This document shows, piece by piece, positions 26,571 through 39,529 of a DNA stretch of 64,000 bases. The stretch's first letter is position 1. Each line of letters opens with the position of its first letter. The notes under the pieces were generated by a model. That model had not been told where the DNA came from, ran no database searches, and was given only the letters and a program-made list of their open reading frames with translations. Origin of the DNA: the human T2T-CHM13v2.0 reference genome, Homo sapiens. The DNA lies in assembly GCF_009914755.1 (NCBI RefSeq), contig NC_060925.1; one strand, 5' to 3'. A program made the position numbers and the translations under genes.

Positions 26571-27460
26571 TTTCCTTTTTTCTCGCCCAGCCTTTTTCCT
26601 CCTCTATATCACTCTTTATCAGAACAGAACAGAGAAATATGATTCATGCTGCCACTTGCATTTCTCCTAAGACTCTGGCAATAAGTAACTGTTGAATTTT
26701 TTTTCATATTGCTCCTATCTTCCTAAATTTTGTAAGTTACTCCTCCTTTCTAGGGCCTTTAGTTAACATAAAAGGAATTTAATTGACTAAATTTTGCATT
26801 TTAAAAGCATTACATTACTATAAGATCAACTATAAAGCAGCTTCTAACTAAAGATCTTATTAAAGGTATCCAAGTGTTTTCTTACCGAACATTTTAAGCA
26901 CATAACTAAACATATTTTAAAACTAGTGTTTTGGTTACACTCTATTCACACTCCATGCAAGTTCTAGAAAATTTGCATTTTGGTCAAATATGTGTAAATC
27001 AATTCAAATTAATTCAGGAGAAAGATTTATTTAAGGAAATTGTACAGTGAGTCCTTTTTAAAGACTTTTTTTTATTAAGTGAATCATCACTCTCTAAAAC
27101 ATCTCATTTTAAAATTCAGATTTGCATTTATAAGGTTTACTTATCATAGGAGCCCCTCTATCTCCAAAGTTCTCTAGCTTAAAAATATTTTTGGCTTGGT
27201 TTTTCTCTTAGTAATAAAAACATTGTTTTACTATTTGATTAGTATGTATCTTAAACTGACTTCAAAACTGACACATTTCCCTGTCTTAATTCTACTGAGG
27301 GTTAATCCTCTTGGTCACATTTGAACATCCTTCCAATCACTGTTATCTGACATAATTAAACTAAAAAAGTCACCTCTTTTTATTTTTATTCATTTTTACA
27401 ATTCATTATGTAATAATTTAAGCATATGTAAAAGTAAACAAAATTATTTTTACTTATAAC

Positions 27461-28033
27461 CACTTGTTTCTGCACTTCAGCAGTGTTGACATTTTAGACC
27501 AAATAGTTATTTTGGGGAAGTGCAGTCCTGTGCATTTAGGAATATTTTAGAAAATTTAGCAGTATCCTTGGCTTCTTTTTCTAGATGTCAGTGGCATCTG
27601 ACTCCCAGCCATCACAATAAAAAATATATCCAGATCTTGCCATATGTTCTCTGAAACAGAGCTTCTCAACCCCCGAGCCATGGCCTGGTACCAGTCCATG
27701 GCCTGTCAGAAACTGGGCAGCACAGCAGGAGGTGAGCAGTGGGCAAGCCAGCATAACTGCCTGAGCTCTGCCTCCTGTCAGAAACAATGATGCCATTACA
27801 TTCTCACAAGATGGCAAACCCTATTGTGAACTGCACATATGAGGGATCTAGGATGCACAGTCTTTATGAGAATCTCATGCATGATGATCTGAGGTGAAAC
27901 AGTTTCATCCCAAACCCATCACCTCCAACCCCATCTGTGGAAAAATTATCTTCCACAAAACTGGTGTCTGGTGCCAAAAAGATTGGGGATCGCTGCTCTG
28001 AAGGACAAAATTGATCCTGCTTAAGAACTACTG
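27461..28033 (-). mobile_element. MER20 hAT MITE split by MER1B
   Basis: TTGACATTTTAGACCAAATAG..GTCCTGTGCATT..CTAGATGTCAGTGGCA; resumes GACAAAATTGATCCTGCTTAAGAACTACTG. Confidence 0.8.
27657..27995 (+). mobile_element. MER1B hAT-Charlie MITE with 8-bp TSD
   Basis: GGTACCAGTCCATGGCCTG..CAGCAGGAGGTGAGC..GGTGCCAAAAAGATTGGGGATCGCTG; TSD CTCTGAAA (27649-56) / CTCTGAAG (27996-28003). Confidence 0.9.
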
Positions 28034-28100
28034 CAAAGGCCATCCACCACTCCCTTACTTTCCAGATATATGATCTAATCCATATATTCTCCAGTCATCC

Positions 28101-28124
28101 ATCTATCTATCTATCTATCTATCT
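28101..28124. repeat. (ATCT)6 microsatellite
   Basis: Direct read. Confidence 0.95.
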
Positions 28125-28320
28125 AAAGACTTATAAACAATCACAACACCTTCACCACAGCTACAAATATGTAACAACAACTGCTCAATATCATTAAATA
28201 GCCAGAATCTTCTCCAAATTCCAATTCACTCATATATAACACATTTTTCTTTCTGCAGTCTATTTTTGTGTGTTACATTCTGTCTCCTCTCTTTTTCAAT
28301 CTCTAGATAGATAAATGTTA

Positions 28321-28322
<2 letters not shown>

Positions 28323-28365
<43 letters not shown>

Positions 28366-28378
28366 CAGATAGACAGAC
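28323..28378. repeat. (AGAT)10 AGAC AGAT (AGAC)2 compound STR
   Basis: Direct read. Confidence 0.95.
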
Positions 28379-29198
28379 ATGTAGGTACATACGCTTATCT
28401 CTGGAAAGATAAGTACATACTCACACGCACACAGACAAAGAATACACATATATTTGTGTGAGTGTGGGTATGAGTGGGTGCATGTGGATAGTTTGAATTA
28501 GAGTACAAAGTAAATATAATATAATTAGATTTAAGTCTTTTAAAATCTTTATGGTTTCATTATCATTCTCTTGATGTTCCTAGGGAGTTATATATTAAAG
28601 AAACTGCTTCATTTTTCCTATAGAATTTCACAAAGACTTGATTTTCTAATTGTACCCCCATAGTGTAGATGGCTCTGTTTTTCTTGGTATTTCCTGGCAT
28701 TTGAATCCAAATGGAAGTCTTTGCACATCCATCTGAGGGGATTAACCCTTTATTTCCCAAGGAAACAGAAATGGCCTCCCTTGAGGCAACTGCCAATCAA
28801 AACTTACAGCTCCTCCTCAGTACCTATGTCCACCACAAATTTTTGCTTCTGGACTTATAACTAAACTCAAGACCCAGCAGACCCCTCAAGGTGAGGTGCA
28901 AGTGTGAGCCATGAGAAGGTTTGTGACACTCCAGAAGCTCTAGATTTTTCCAATTTATACAGATAGAAATCCAGGGTACCTGTATGGGAATGTAAGCGAA
29001 GGATTTAGAATAATGATGAAAGGAACATAAAGTTGAATTGTGCTGAATTTACTTATATTGGCTCACTATGCAGAGATTTTACATTTAACGACGTAGCTCA
29101 GAGAATTTAAAAAGGGCTGTAATAGTTTATTTGGTTTGTGGGCTGAAACATGGATCAAAAGATGATCTCCAATGAGTGAATTAGAAATGTCTAATCTT

Positions 29199-29479
29199 AG
29201 CCGGGCATGGTGGCTCACGCCTGTAATCCCAGCACTTTGGGAGGTCGAGGCGGGCTGATCACGAGGTCAGGAGATCCTGGCCAACATGGTGAAACGCTGT
29301 CTCTACTAAAAATACAAAAATTAGCTGGGCATGGTGGCATGTGCCTGTAATCCCAGCTACTCAGGAGTCTGAGGCAGGAGAATCGCTTGAATCAGGGAGT
29401 CGCAGGTTGCAGTGAGCCTAGGTCTTGCCACTGCACTCCAGCCTAGCAACAGAGTGAGACTATGGAAAAAAAAAAAAAA
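29199..29479 (+). mobile_element. AluS (Sc-like) inserted in ERV-L gag
   Basis: GATCACGAGGTCAGGAGATC with short internal deletion; flanking CTAATCTT at 29191-98 and 29676-83. Confidence 0.9.
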
Positions 29480-29523
29480 GGAAGATGGAAAGGAAGGAAG
29501 GAAGGAAGGAAGGAAGGAAGGAA

Positions 29524-29576
<53 letters not shown>

Positions 29577-29578
29577 GA

Positions 29579-29626
<48 letters not shown>

Positions 29627-29670
29627 AAAGAAAAAGAAAGAAAGAAAGAAGAAAGACAGAAAGAAAAGAG
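29480..29670. repeat. (GGAA)9 + (GAAA)n polypurine microsatellite in the Alu tail
   Basis: Direct read; source of the spurious K/E/R-rich and F/L/S-rich ORFs. Confidence 0.95.
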
Positions 29671-32600
29671 CGAGCCTAATCTTCCTTAGTTTAATGTAGA
29701 GGGGAAAGGATTCAAAGTTCAAAGCCTTTAGGAAACTGGAATGTTAGAGTAGATTTGTCATTTAAGATACTTGCTCACAGTGGGAAGGTCTAGAAGACAT
29801 ATTTATTATGAATATTTTGAGAAATAACATTATGATAGAAGCCCTGCATCCTTGAAGAGCTTCATGATCATTATTCTCTGCAGGCCAGACCTTTCAGTGA
29901 GAACTGCAGCCACTCAATTGGGAAACCTGAATGCAACAGGAGTAATTGGACCTCAGGGTGGCAGCAGCCAAAAGGCAGCATTCAACTGCCGAAGGCAATG
30001 CGGAGGTGGTTACCATTATAGACTGCAGAGTCAATGAAGCAATCAGAATGGTATGGCTCATGCAGACTAATTGATCATAGTGTTTCCAGAAGTGAAATTG
30101 ATAGGAAATCTACTAAATTCTTACTTGATCCTCCATCAATGTCCAGACTTGAGTCAGATTACAGACCCAGAACCCTTTGAGTACAGGGGAGGTCAAGTTC
30201 CCTTGAGGAAAGACCCTGGTATACTACACAAAATGTATACTGTTAATCTTTCTACCAGGCTTTTCCGAAGGAATCAAAAAGGATCTATGGCCTTTTATAA
30301 GCATAACTGTATATTGGAGAAAAAGAAATAATTGGGCCTTTGGGAGACTACTTAACGTTGGCTCTGAACTGACACTGATTCTAGAATAACAAAAACATTA
30401 TTGTGGCCATTCAGTCAGAATATAGGCTTATGAAGCTTTACCTCATGTTCATCACATACTGGGTAAAGTGGGTTTGAAAATCCATCATGTAGTTATTTCC
30501 CCAGTTTCATAAGTATAATTGGAATAGAAATACTTAGCAAGAGGCAGAATTCTCACATCAGTTCCCTGATCTGTGGAGTGAGGGCTATTATGGTGTGGAA
30601 GGTCAAGTAAAAGCCATTAGAACTGACTCTACCTAAGAAAATAGTAAATCAAAAGCAATATTAAATTCCTGGAGAGATTGCTGAGATTAGTGCCACCTTC
30701 AAGGACTTAAAAGATGCAGGGTGGGCAATTTCTACCATATCTTTGTTCAACTCTCTGATTTGGCCTGTGCTGAAGACAGATTAATATTGATGAATAACAG
30801 TGGATTGTTACAAGCTTGACCATGTGGTGCTTCCAAATGCAGCTGCTGTACCATAAATAGTTTCATTGCTTGAGAAAATTAACACATTGCCTGGTACCTA
30901 GTATAGAGCTATTAATCTGGCAAATGCCTTTTTCTCCATATCTATCCCCTAAAGTTCACCAGAAGCAGTTTGTGTTAAGATGGCAAGTCTAGCAATACAT
31001 CTTCACTGTCCTATTTGAGGGGTACGTCAACTCTCTAGTTTTATGTCATAATTTTGTTCACAGGGATCTTGATTACCTTTTTCTTTCATAAAATATCAAA
31101 CACTGGTTCATTTCATTGATGCTATTATGCTGACTGAACCTAGAGAGCAAGAAGTAACTACTGTAGACTTATTGATAAGACACTGTATGTCAGAGGGTGG
31201 GAAATAAATCCAACTAAAATTCAGGGGTCTTCTACCTCGTGAAAGTTCTAGGCGTCCAGTGGTATGGAGCATCTTGAAATATCCCTTCTAAGCTGAATGA
31301 TAACTTGTTGCAGTTGACTTCTCCCTCAACTGAAAAAGAAGCACAATGTTTACTGAGCCTCTTTGGACTTTGGATACAACATAGTTCTCATTTAGGGATG
31401 TTACCTTAGGCCATTTACAGAGTGATCTGCAAAGCTGCTAGTTTTAAGGGGAATCCAAAGGAGAAAGCTCATTGTAACAAGTCCAGCTTACTGTGCAAGC
31501 TTCTCTGCCACTTGGGTCACATGAACCAACAGATCCAATGGAATTTTAGGTGTCAGTGGCAGATAGATATGTTGTGTGGAGCTTTGGCAGGTTCCCAGAG
31601 GTGAATCCCAGTGCAAGCCTTTGGGATTTTGAAGTAAGATCCTACCACTAATTATAGATAACTACTTTCCTTTTGAGAGTCAGCTCTTGGTCTGTTACTA
31701 GGCCTTAACAGAAACTGAGCACTTGACTATGGGTTAACAAGTTACCATGCCCATCATAAACTGGGTAATATTTCACCCACCCAAGCCATAATTGGGCATA
31801 AATAGCAGTACTTCCTCCTCAGATGGAAGTGATATCTATGTGAGCAGACCTGAGCAGGCCCTGAAGGCACAAGTAAGTTACAAGAAGAAGTGGCTCAAAT
31901 GTTCATGGTCCCCATTCCAGCTACACTGTCTTCTCTTTTCCAGCCCGCACTTACAGCCTCATGGAGAGTCCCCTATGATCAGTTGACAAAGGAAGAGAAG
32001 ACTCAGGCCTAGTTTACAGATAGTTCTGCATAGCATGCTGCAGCCGTGGCAAATGGACAGCAGCAGCACTACAAACCCTTTCTGGGACATCCCTGAAGGA
32101 CAGTGATGAAGGGAAACCCTCCCACTGGGCAGAACTTTGGGGAATGCAACTGGCTGAGTACTTTGTTTGGAAGTATATATGACCAGATTTAGAATTATAA
32201 ACCAATTCATGGGCTGGAGCCAATGGTTTGATGGATAATTAGGGTCTTTGAAGGAGCACAGTTGAAAAATAGGTGACAAAAATATTTGAAGAATAAGTCT
32301 GTAGATTGACTGGTCTGAATGGGCAAAACACTAAGATAATTCTGTCTCATGTGAATGCTTAGCAAAGAATGACCTCTGCAGAGAACTTTAATAACCAAGT
32401 GGATAGGATAACCAAACCTGTGGATTCCAGGTTCTTTTCCTAGCCCCCTTTGTCATTGTTCAATGGGCTCATTAACCAAGTGGCCTTGGTGGCAAGAATG
32501 GAGGTTATGCATGGGTCCAATAACATGAACTCCCATTCACTAAGGCAGATATGGCTATGGTTCCCGTAGAGTGCCCATCTTATCATCAGCAATGACCAAT

Positions 32601-34045
32601 ACTGAGTCTCTGATATGGCTTTATTAACCTGGGTGATCAACCAGCTTCCTGGTGCAGGTTGATGACATTAGACCACGTCCATCATGGAAGAGACAGTGTT
32701 TTGTCCTTACTAGAACAGACACTTATTCTGAATTTGAATTTGCCTTCCCTAGACTCATTGCTTCTGCTAAAACTACCATCTGTGGACCCATAGAATGCTT
32801 AATCCACCATCTTGGTAGTCCACATAGCATTGCTTCTGATTCAGGAACTCAACTTTGCAGTAAAATATGTGAAGCAATGAGCTTATTCTCATGGAATTTA
32901 CTGTTCCTATCATGTTTCCCACCATCCTGAAGCAGCTGACTTGACAGAATGGTGTAAGGGCCTTTGAAGATGAACTTACAGTACCAGCTAGTGGCAATAC
33001 TTCTGATGGCTGGGGAAAAGTTTTCCAGTTGGTTGTATATGCTCTGAATCATCATCCAATTTATGCTGCTATTTCTTTGATAGCCAGAATTCATGGGCCC
33101 AGGATTCAAAGGGTAGAAATGAGAATGTCTTCATTCACTATTACTCCTAGTGAACCTCTAGCAAAATATTTGCTTCTTTTTCCATGAATTTATGCTCTTT
33201 TGGCCTAGAAGCCTTAATTTGAGCAGGAGGAATGTTTTCACCAGAAGAAACAATGCTGATTCCACTAATAGTGGAAGCTAAGATAGCCACACAACCACTT
33301 TGGGCTCCTCATGCCTCAGAATCAACATGCAGAGAAGGGAGTTAGAGTGTTGTCTAGGGTGATTGAAATGTACTACCAAGGGGAATTGGACGACTACTTT
33401 AAAATGGAAGTGATAAAGAGTATGTCTGGAAGGCAGAAGATCCCTTAAGATATGTCTTAGTATTGTCAGGCTCTTAATTAAGGTCATTAAAAAATTACAA
33501 TGACACACTCCAGGCTGAACTACTGATAGCCAAGATCCTTTAGAAATAAAAGGTCGGATAACCTTGCCAAGTGAAGGACTACAACCAGCTGAAAGCAAAA
33601 GAGAAAATACAGAATGGGTAGTAGAAGGTGCTTATAAATGCCACATGCAACTACATAATAACTTACATAAATGATAACTGTAATTGTCATGAGAATTTCC
33701 TCCTTTTTCGTTATGAATTCATTTGTGTTTACACATATATTATATACATTAAGCAAGTATCTTTTTTCCTGTTATTTATCATGCACCATAAGATGTATTG
33801 ACATTATATCAATATTTAAGTATAATATTTTTATTATATTTTTAAGTTACAGGATAATAAGTGACGAGTAAACATCATTCAAAGATATTAACTCCCTTTC
33901 TGGGGAAGGGACTAATGCGTTTTGGTTGTGCTCAAAACAGTTTGTTTTATGTTAGGTAGAATTATGACTTTGTCAGTGTCTTTATTTGGAGTTTAGGTAT
34001 GGTTTAAGAGATCTATATGGGTGCCATGATGACAAGTGATAGACT

Positions 34046-34533
34046 TATAATAGTTAATTTTATGTGTCAACTTGACCAGGCTAAGGGATGCCCCGAGAGC
34101 TCATAAAACATTATTTCTGGATGTGTCTCTGAAGGTGTTTCTGAAAAAGCTTAGCATTTGAATTTTCAGACTGAGTGAAGAAGATCACCCTCCCCAATGT
34201 GGATGGGCTCTATCCAATCCACTAGGAGCCCAAAGAGAATAAAAAGTTGGGAGAAAAAAAGCAAATTACCTTCTGTTTGAATAAAGACATCTTCTCCTGG
34301 CTTTATATATGAGCATTCCTGGTTCTAAAACCACAGGACTTGGACTTACTTGCATCACTGCATTTTCTTGTTCTCCAGCTTTCATAGAGCATGTAGTGGA
34401 ACTTCTCAGTTTACATGGCCATGTGAGCTAATCCCATATATAATATATGGAATATATATATACACACACACACTCACACATATGTATATATATTCTATTG
34501 GCTCTGTTTATCTGGAGAACTCTGACTAATACA
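34046..34533 (+). mobile_element. MLT2B-type 3' LTR of the ERV-L
   Basis: TAGTTAATTTTATGTGTCAACTTGACCAGGCTAAGGGATGCCC.. to TCTGGAGAACTCTGACTAATACA. Confidence 0.9.
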
Positions 34534-35244
34534 GATGACATCACAAGGTTTTGTGTCCCTCCAATAGAAGGTACATGATGCCTGAATGTCTTTCTTTATA
34601 TAATGCTAAAAGTGATTGATACTCAATGTTTGGGTACTTTAATCCATTAAAGGTTGAAAAACTGCTATTCTAATTCTATTATTCCTTCTTTCATTTATTA
34701 GCTGGGGTATTTCTCTAAATAGAATTTTCTCACAACTACTATTGGACTACTCAGGGGTGGAAAGTGTATAGAAAGAAGAGGATAAAAGCTAAATTATTTC
34801 ACCTTATGGCTGCTTTTCATAATAATAACCAATTTCAGCAGAATCTTCCAATGGTGATAGGCCAGGTTTCTTTTGTTAATATTATTATCTTTATATACTC
34901 ATGGATTTAAATATGCTTTATTCATTTCAACTCATTACAGTTATTAATTTTTGTTAATGCGAAGTTTTCCCTTATATTTTCAGTAGGATCTCTTCAAACT
35001 GACTCCTGAATCCTCTTGATAGGGCTCAAGAATCTTTGAAAATATTTTACTCCGTGGTATGTTCAGATGTCCAGGCTCATCTTGCATATTTCCAAATCTG
35101 AAGTCAGCCATTTCTTTAAGCACAGAAGAGCACAGTTCTCACGACAATTAAAATAATGTCTTTCCATGTCACTCACATTTCATCAAATCTATATCTATAT
35201 CTACTCAATTTTTCCATGCATATGATGTATGAAATTTACAAGTC

Positions 35245-35611
<367 letters not shown>

Positions 35612-35679
35612 TTAATGTTTATTGAAAAAATCTCAAAAATATGCTAATGAAAAGTAGTGAGAAAACTATTACTGGAGTA

Positions 35680-35930
35680 TCATTAAACAGCAGAGACTTT
35701 GGAGTGCAACAGTAGTTTTGGATTCAGCTCCTCCATTGACTAACTCCTTGACCCCGTCAAGCAACTTAATCTCTTTGAGCTGATTTTCTCATCTTCAAAA
35801 TGGAAATATAATGTTTACCCTTTTTTGGTGTAGCAATTATTAAACTTATCAATGTATTTTACCATGCCATGTGCTGATGTATTTTCTGGTGCATGGACAC
35901 AACACATAATCTTCGCTATTATTATTATTC
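35680..35930 (+). mobile_element. MIR SINE
   Basis: AGCAGAGACTTTGGAGT..ACTTAATCTCTTTGAGCTGATTTTCTCATCTTCAAAATGG. Confidence 0.7.
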
Positions 35931-37779
35931 CTCTCCTTTTCTAATTGACTCTTTTCTGTTAGGAAAACCTATTTCTTTGCTCTCAGAACCTTATAAGTTA
36001 TTTTGGCCATAGATGTCTTATTACCTGTCCACCACATGGTAATAATTTTTGTCTGCAATACAGAAACCACAGATTTCTGAGTTTACTATGGAAAATAGGA
36101 ATTAGCTGTAGTAAAAAGGAATTATATCGGATTGTTCCTTTCTCTCTTGTTACTAACATAACCTATCATCTTTACCTTCCTTGACTACTACTGTGCACTG
36201 AACTGAGTTTCAATGTTTCCTTTATAATAACTTCCCAAACCCTCTTACTGGTCAGTGTGCTAAATAATTCTTCCATTTAACATATACTCCCTTGGCTTGA
36301 TTTCCAGCTCCTAAAGAAATAAAGACTCAAGCTGAACTCTAGCAGCAATCTGCTTGTCTGGATTATAAACCAGATTACTTGTCAAAAGAACCTGTGAGAG
36401 GGAATAGAGTGGTTATGATTTTTGAAGCTAAGACTATTATGCCAATTTAAATAGGTGAGACCACTTGCCCTATATTCTTACTTATTCCATCAACAAGTGC
36501 ACTTTAAATTTTCTTGCAAGCCTGAAAAACATTCTCCGGTTGAGTGACACCTTTAGGAAAACCAATATCTCAGTTCAAAGATTCTATTGCCAAGAGGAAA
36601 AAAACTGTTTGAAAAAATAAAATGAAACAAAATAAACCTAATGCCTGTTTTTATGGGGACTCTGCACTTGCCTTGTTTTCAGCCATGCACAAGCTAAACA
36701 GATTTAATTGCCTTTTCATATGTCAAAACCAGCCTGTCCAGAGGGACACAATAAGAGAAGCTTGTACAGGAACATTTTATGCTGTATCTGTTCCTGGAGC
36801 AATGGTGCTTATGTTTCCAAGGCTGTCAATTAAGCATATTTTTCCCCAGCACATATTCATTAAGACACAGTTGCCAAGTTCATTGCCACTGCATTTTTTA
36901 TTATATACATTAGTTCTGGTTAAAGGACAATTTAGGAATGTTTTTATGGGGAATAAAGAGGGCCTCTGGCTGGATGATTTTTCTATCATTTATTACATTA
37001 TAGTAGCAGAGAAAAATGGCCCTGTGTCCCTCATGATACACACCTATCTGCATTTAACTTAGTCTGATCCTTTGAATACCTTTATTGAGTGATGTTTTAT
37101 CACCATATAATTTGTTCAAATACACAGTAAATATGTATGTATTGGCCTTTCATTGGAGATGTCTTACTAAATATTAGCTAGCAGGGATGGGAATATGAAG
37201 CAAATGACCAAAGGGATGTTATAATAAATATGATATAGGTATATTAAGAAATTCAAGCAAGTTGTTGTGTCTAGATGGTCATAGGTATGGAACAATGGCA
37301 GAAACTAAGAAACAGAAAAAGTAACCCCCCCATATTAGGAGAGTCAATGATGTTCTAAGGACAAAACAGATGGGGTTGAGTATACCTTTACATATAACTT
37401 GTAGTTTGTCTTCCAGTCCTGTTTCTATGCACTCTGTCCTAGTCCTAAAGGAGTTAAACAATACTGCTCTTTGATGGATTGTGTCCTGATTTGAGGGGCA
37501 GACAGTTTCCAACCTTTCAACTTGTAAAGAAGAATACACAAGAGTGAGCATGTGTCAGAAATCACAATGTGCACATGCTTACATTCAAAGAGGTATACAT
37601 TTCTAAATGGTTATTTACATGATATACTCACATTTTGTCAATTACTTTAGTGTAGTAAATTGGACTCTATGTGGAGCTATCAATAAAAAGGGCAGAATAA
37701 AAGGACGCCACCAGAATGTCTTGGTTTTTGAGGCTACGTGAAACATCTCTGTAGCCCCTAGGATGTTTTTGCTTTTCCC

Positions 37780-38193
37780 ATCTGAGTCATGACTGTTGGA
37801 GAGAAACAGACTCCAAGACTGATAAAACCATGCAGGAAGTTTATTAATGAGTGATTTTTGCATCGTTATTTATGAAAAGAAGGGAAAGAAACACAAATGG
37901 AAAGAAAAAGAAGTTAAACTGTGATGCAACAGAACCTTAAGTGACCCTGCAGTGGTCTCTGAAGATAAGGTGATGCTTCAGAGTTATATGGAGTTGGGTG
38001 GAGAGATATAGGTCTTTATAACATTAAATTAACTAGCCATTCATTTTGAACAGTGAAGGGCTAGTGAGCTTGGGTGAAGCAGCTCTCTTCAGCTGGGGCA
38101 ATGCTCTACAGGGGCTGGGAGCTGCAGGGTATATTTCTGGACAGCATTCCCAGAAGATGTGAAGATTCTGGGTACTGTATTACAACTTCTACA
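37780..38193 (-). mobile_element. LTR16-like ERVL solo LTR
   Basis: TGCAGGAAGTTTATT..GAAGTTAAACTGTGATGCA..CTTGGGTGAAGCAGCTCTCTTCAGCTGGGGCAAT. Confidence 0.65.
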
Positions 38194-38419
38194 ATGGTGG
38201 AAATGGTGACAATTTTTTTTCAAAATACTGCTGTAATGATTAAATTTGATCAACCTATTTCTTGGCATAAGGCTGGGGCTCGATAAATATTAGTCAAATT
38301 TGTCCTTCTAATAAAATTCAAGTAAGAGTTTTAAAAACTTTTAAAATTTATAAAAATTTATGTGGAAGGTATTTCTGCTATAATATATTTCTTTCCCCTT
38401 GGAGCGGGAACAAACGTTT

Positions 38420-39330
38420 TTGAATAATAATATCATCTCATCTTATAATAACTTTATAATGCTGGTGTGATATACATTTTATTTTGCAGGACAGGAAACT
38501 GAGATTTAGATTAATTTAGAAATACTTGCACAAAGTCACAAAAATCAACTGTAAAGAACCCAAGATTTTATATGACAGTTTGTTTTCTTTTTATTGTAAA
38601 ATGAGAAGATTTGCAATAAGAAGATCTGATTTGCTTTATAAACTCTTGTAATTGGGCAAACTTAACAAACGCTGGTTTTAATTTTTTTTATTTATGCATG
38701 CAACTGCATCTCCAAGCTCTGTGAGCCATGTATGTCAGGGGCACATCCCAATACAAGTGACATATAAAGAGACACTTTAAGGGCAAAGTAAAGAAACATA
38801 GGCTGTATATGTCAGTAACAAGAAAGTATGGTATATTCAGATATTTGAAGACAGTTTTCTATGCCAAGAGCATATAGTGTGAGGACATGAGAGAAGTAGG
38901 GATGGGTAGGAAAGAAAAATAACCTAACATGACATGATTACGAACTTGGACTTGGAGTCATAGACAATGATAAGCCACTGAAGAATTTTAAGCCGGAGAG
39001 TTGCATTATGTCTATTGATCTTAGAAATATCACTCTGGAAGTAAATGGGTGCTAGATAAAAGGAGAAGAAGCTGGAGGTGAAAGCCCTATTCAGAATTCC
39101 GGAATACTATTCAGAATTCCATGTCAGAATTATTAGTACTAAATTGGAAAAAAGTGAGTGATAGTATGAAGAAGGGAGGGTTTAGGTTCAAGAAATACCA
39201 AAGATATAAAATAACCATGATTTAGTAAAATCTTTCATTTATTGATTCATTTAACAAAGTGTTGCTGAGTATCTTCTTTGTGGCAATAACTTTGTGAATC
39301 CTTGGAGATTTCTCCATGGTTGAGTGGAGA
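38420..39330 (-). mobile_element. MIR (~38420-38560) and L2 (~38780-39330) fragments
   Basis: GGAAACTGAGATTTAGA..ACTTGCACAAAGTCACA; GCCACTGAAGAATTTTAAGCCGGAGAG..TAGAAATATCACTCTGG. Confidence 0.6.
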
Positions 39331-39529
39331 AAAATATATAAAACTATTTATAATTTTTATTACTATTTGAAGAAAACAAAAAGTACATATCCATTAAACT
39401 CTTCCGTACAACTGTGTTTTCCCTTACTGTCCTCTTTGAAAAGACTCCCTGCTTTATAATCTTAATTTTTCCTCTTTCTTGGCTTTTTCGTTTACTTATA
39501 TTTTATCCAGAATTAATATATGTGTATTA

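Larger units (their letters stand above)
28705..34045 (+). mobile_element. ERV-L (HERV-L/ERVL-B4/E-type) internal region: gag, pro, pol, dUTPase remnants; 5' LTR absent
   Basis: Protease RLLNVGSELTLI (~30344), RT LFEGYVNS (~31011) and TLVHFIDAIML (YIDD-derived, ~31100), RNase H FTDSSA (~32013), integrase QVDDIRPRPSWKRQCFVLTRTDTYS (ORF 32652-32930), dUTPase-like ~33225-33400; many stops. Confidence 0.9.
27380..35120 (-). mobile_element. Old L1MC4/5-like 3' region, fragmented by MER20/MER1B, STRs and ERV-L
   Basis: Antisense L1MC-like pieces at ~27380-27460, 28035-28260, 28490-28690 and 34535-35120 (e.g. AGATGTCCAGGCTCATCTTGCATATTTCC..GTCAGCCATTTCTTTAAG). Confidence 0.5.

Noticed and set aside
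29357-29722. ORFs rich in K/E/R or F/L/S
   Set aside because: Translations of the (GGAA)/(GAAA) microsatellite.
32652-32930. Integrase ORF as a functional CDS
   Set aside because: Short fragment of a stop- and frameshift-riddled ERV-L pol.
36622-37062. Longest ORF in the window (146 aa)
   Set aside because: No recognisable domain, AT-rich random-like composition, length compatible with chance in 64 kb.
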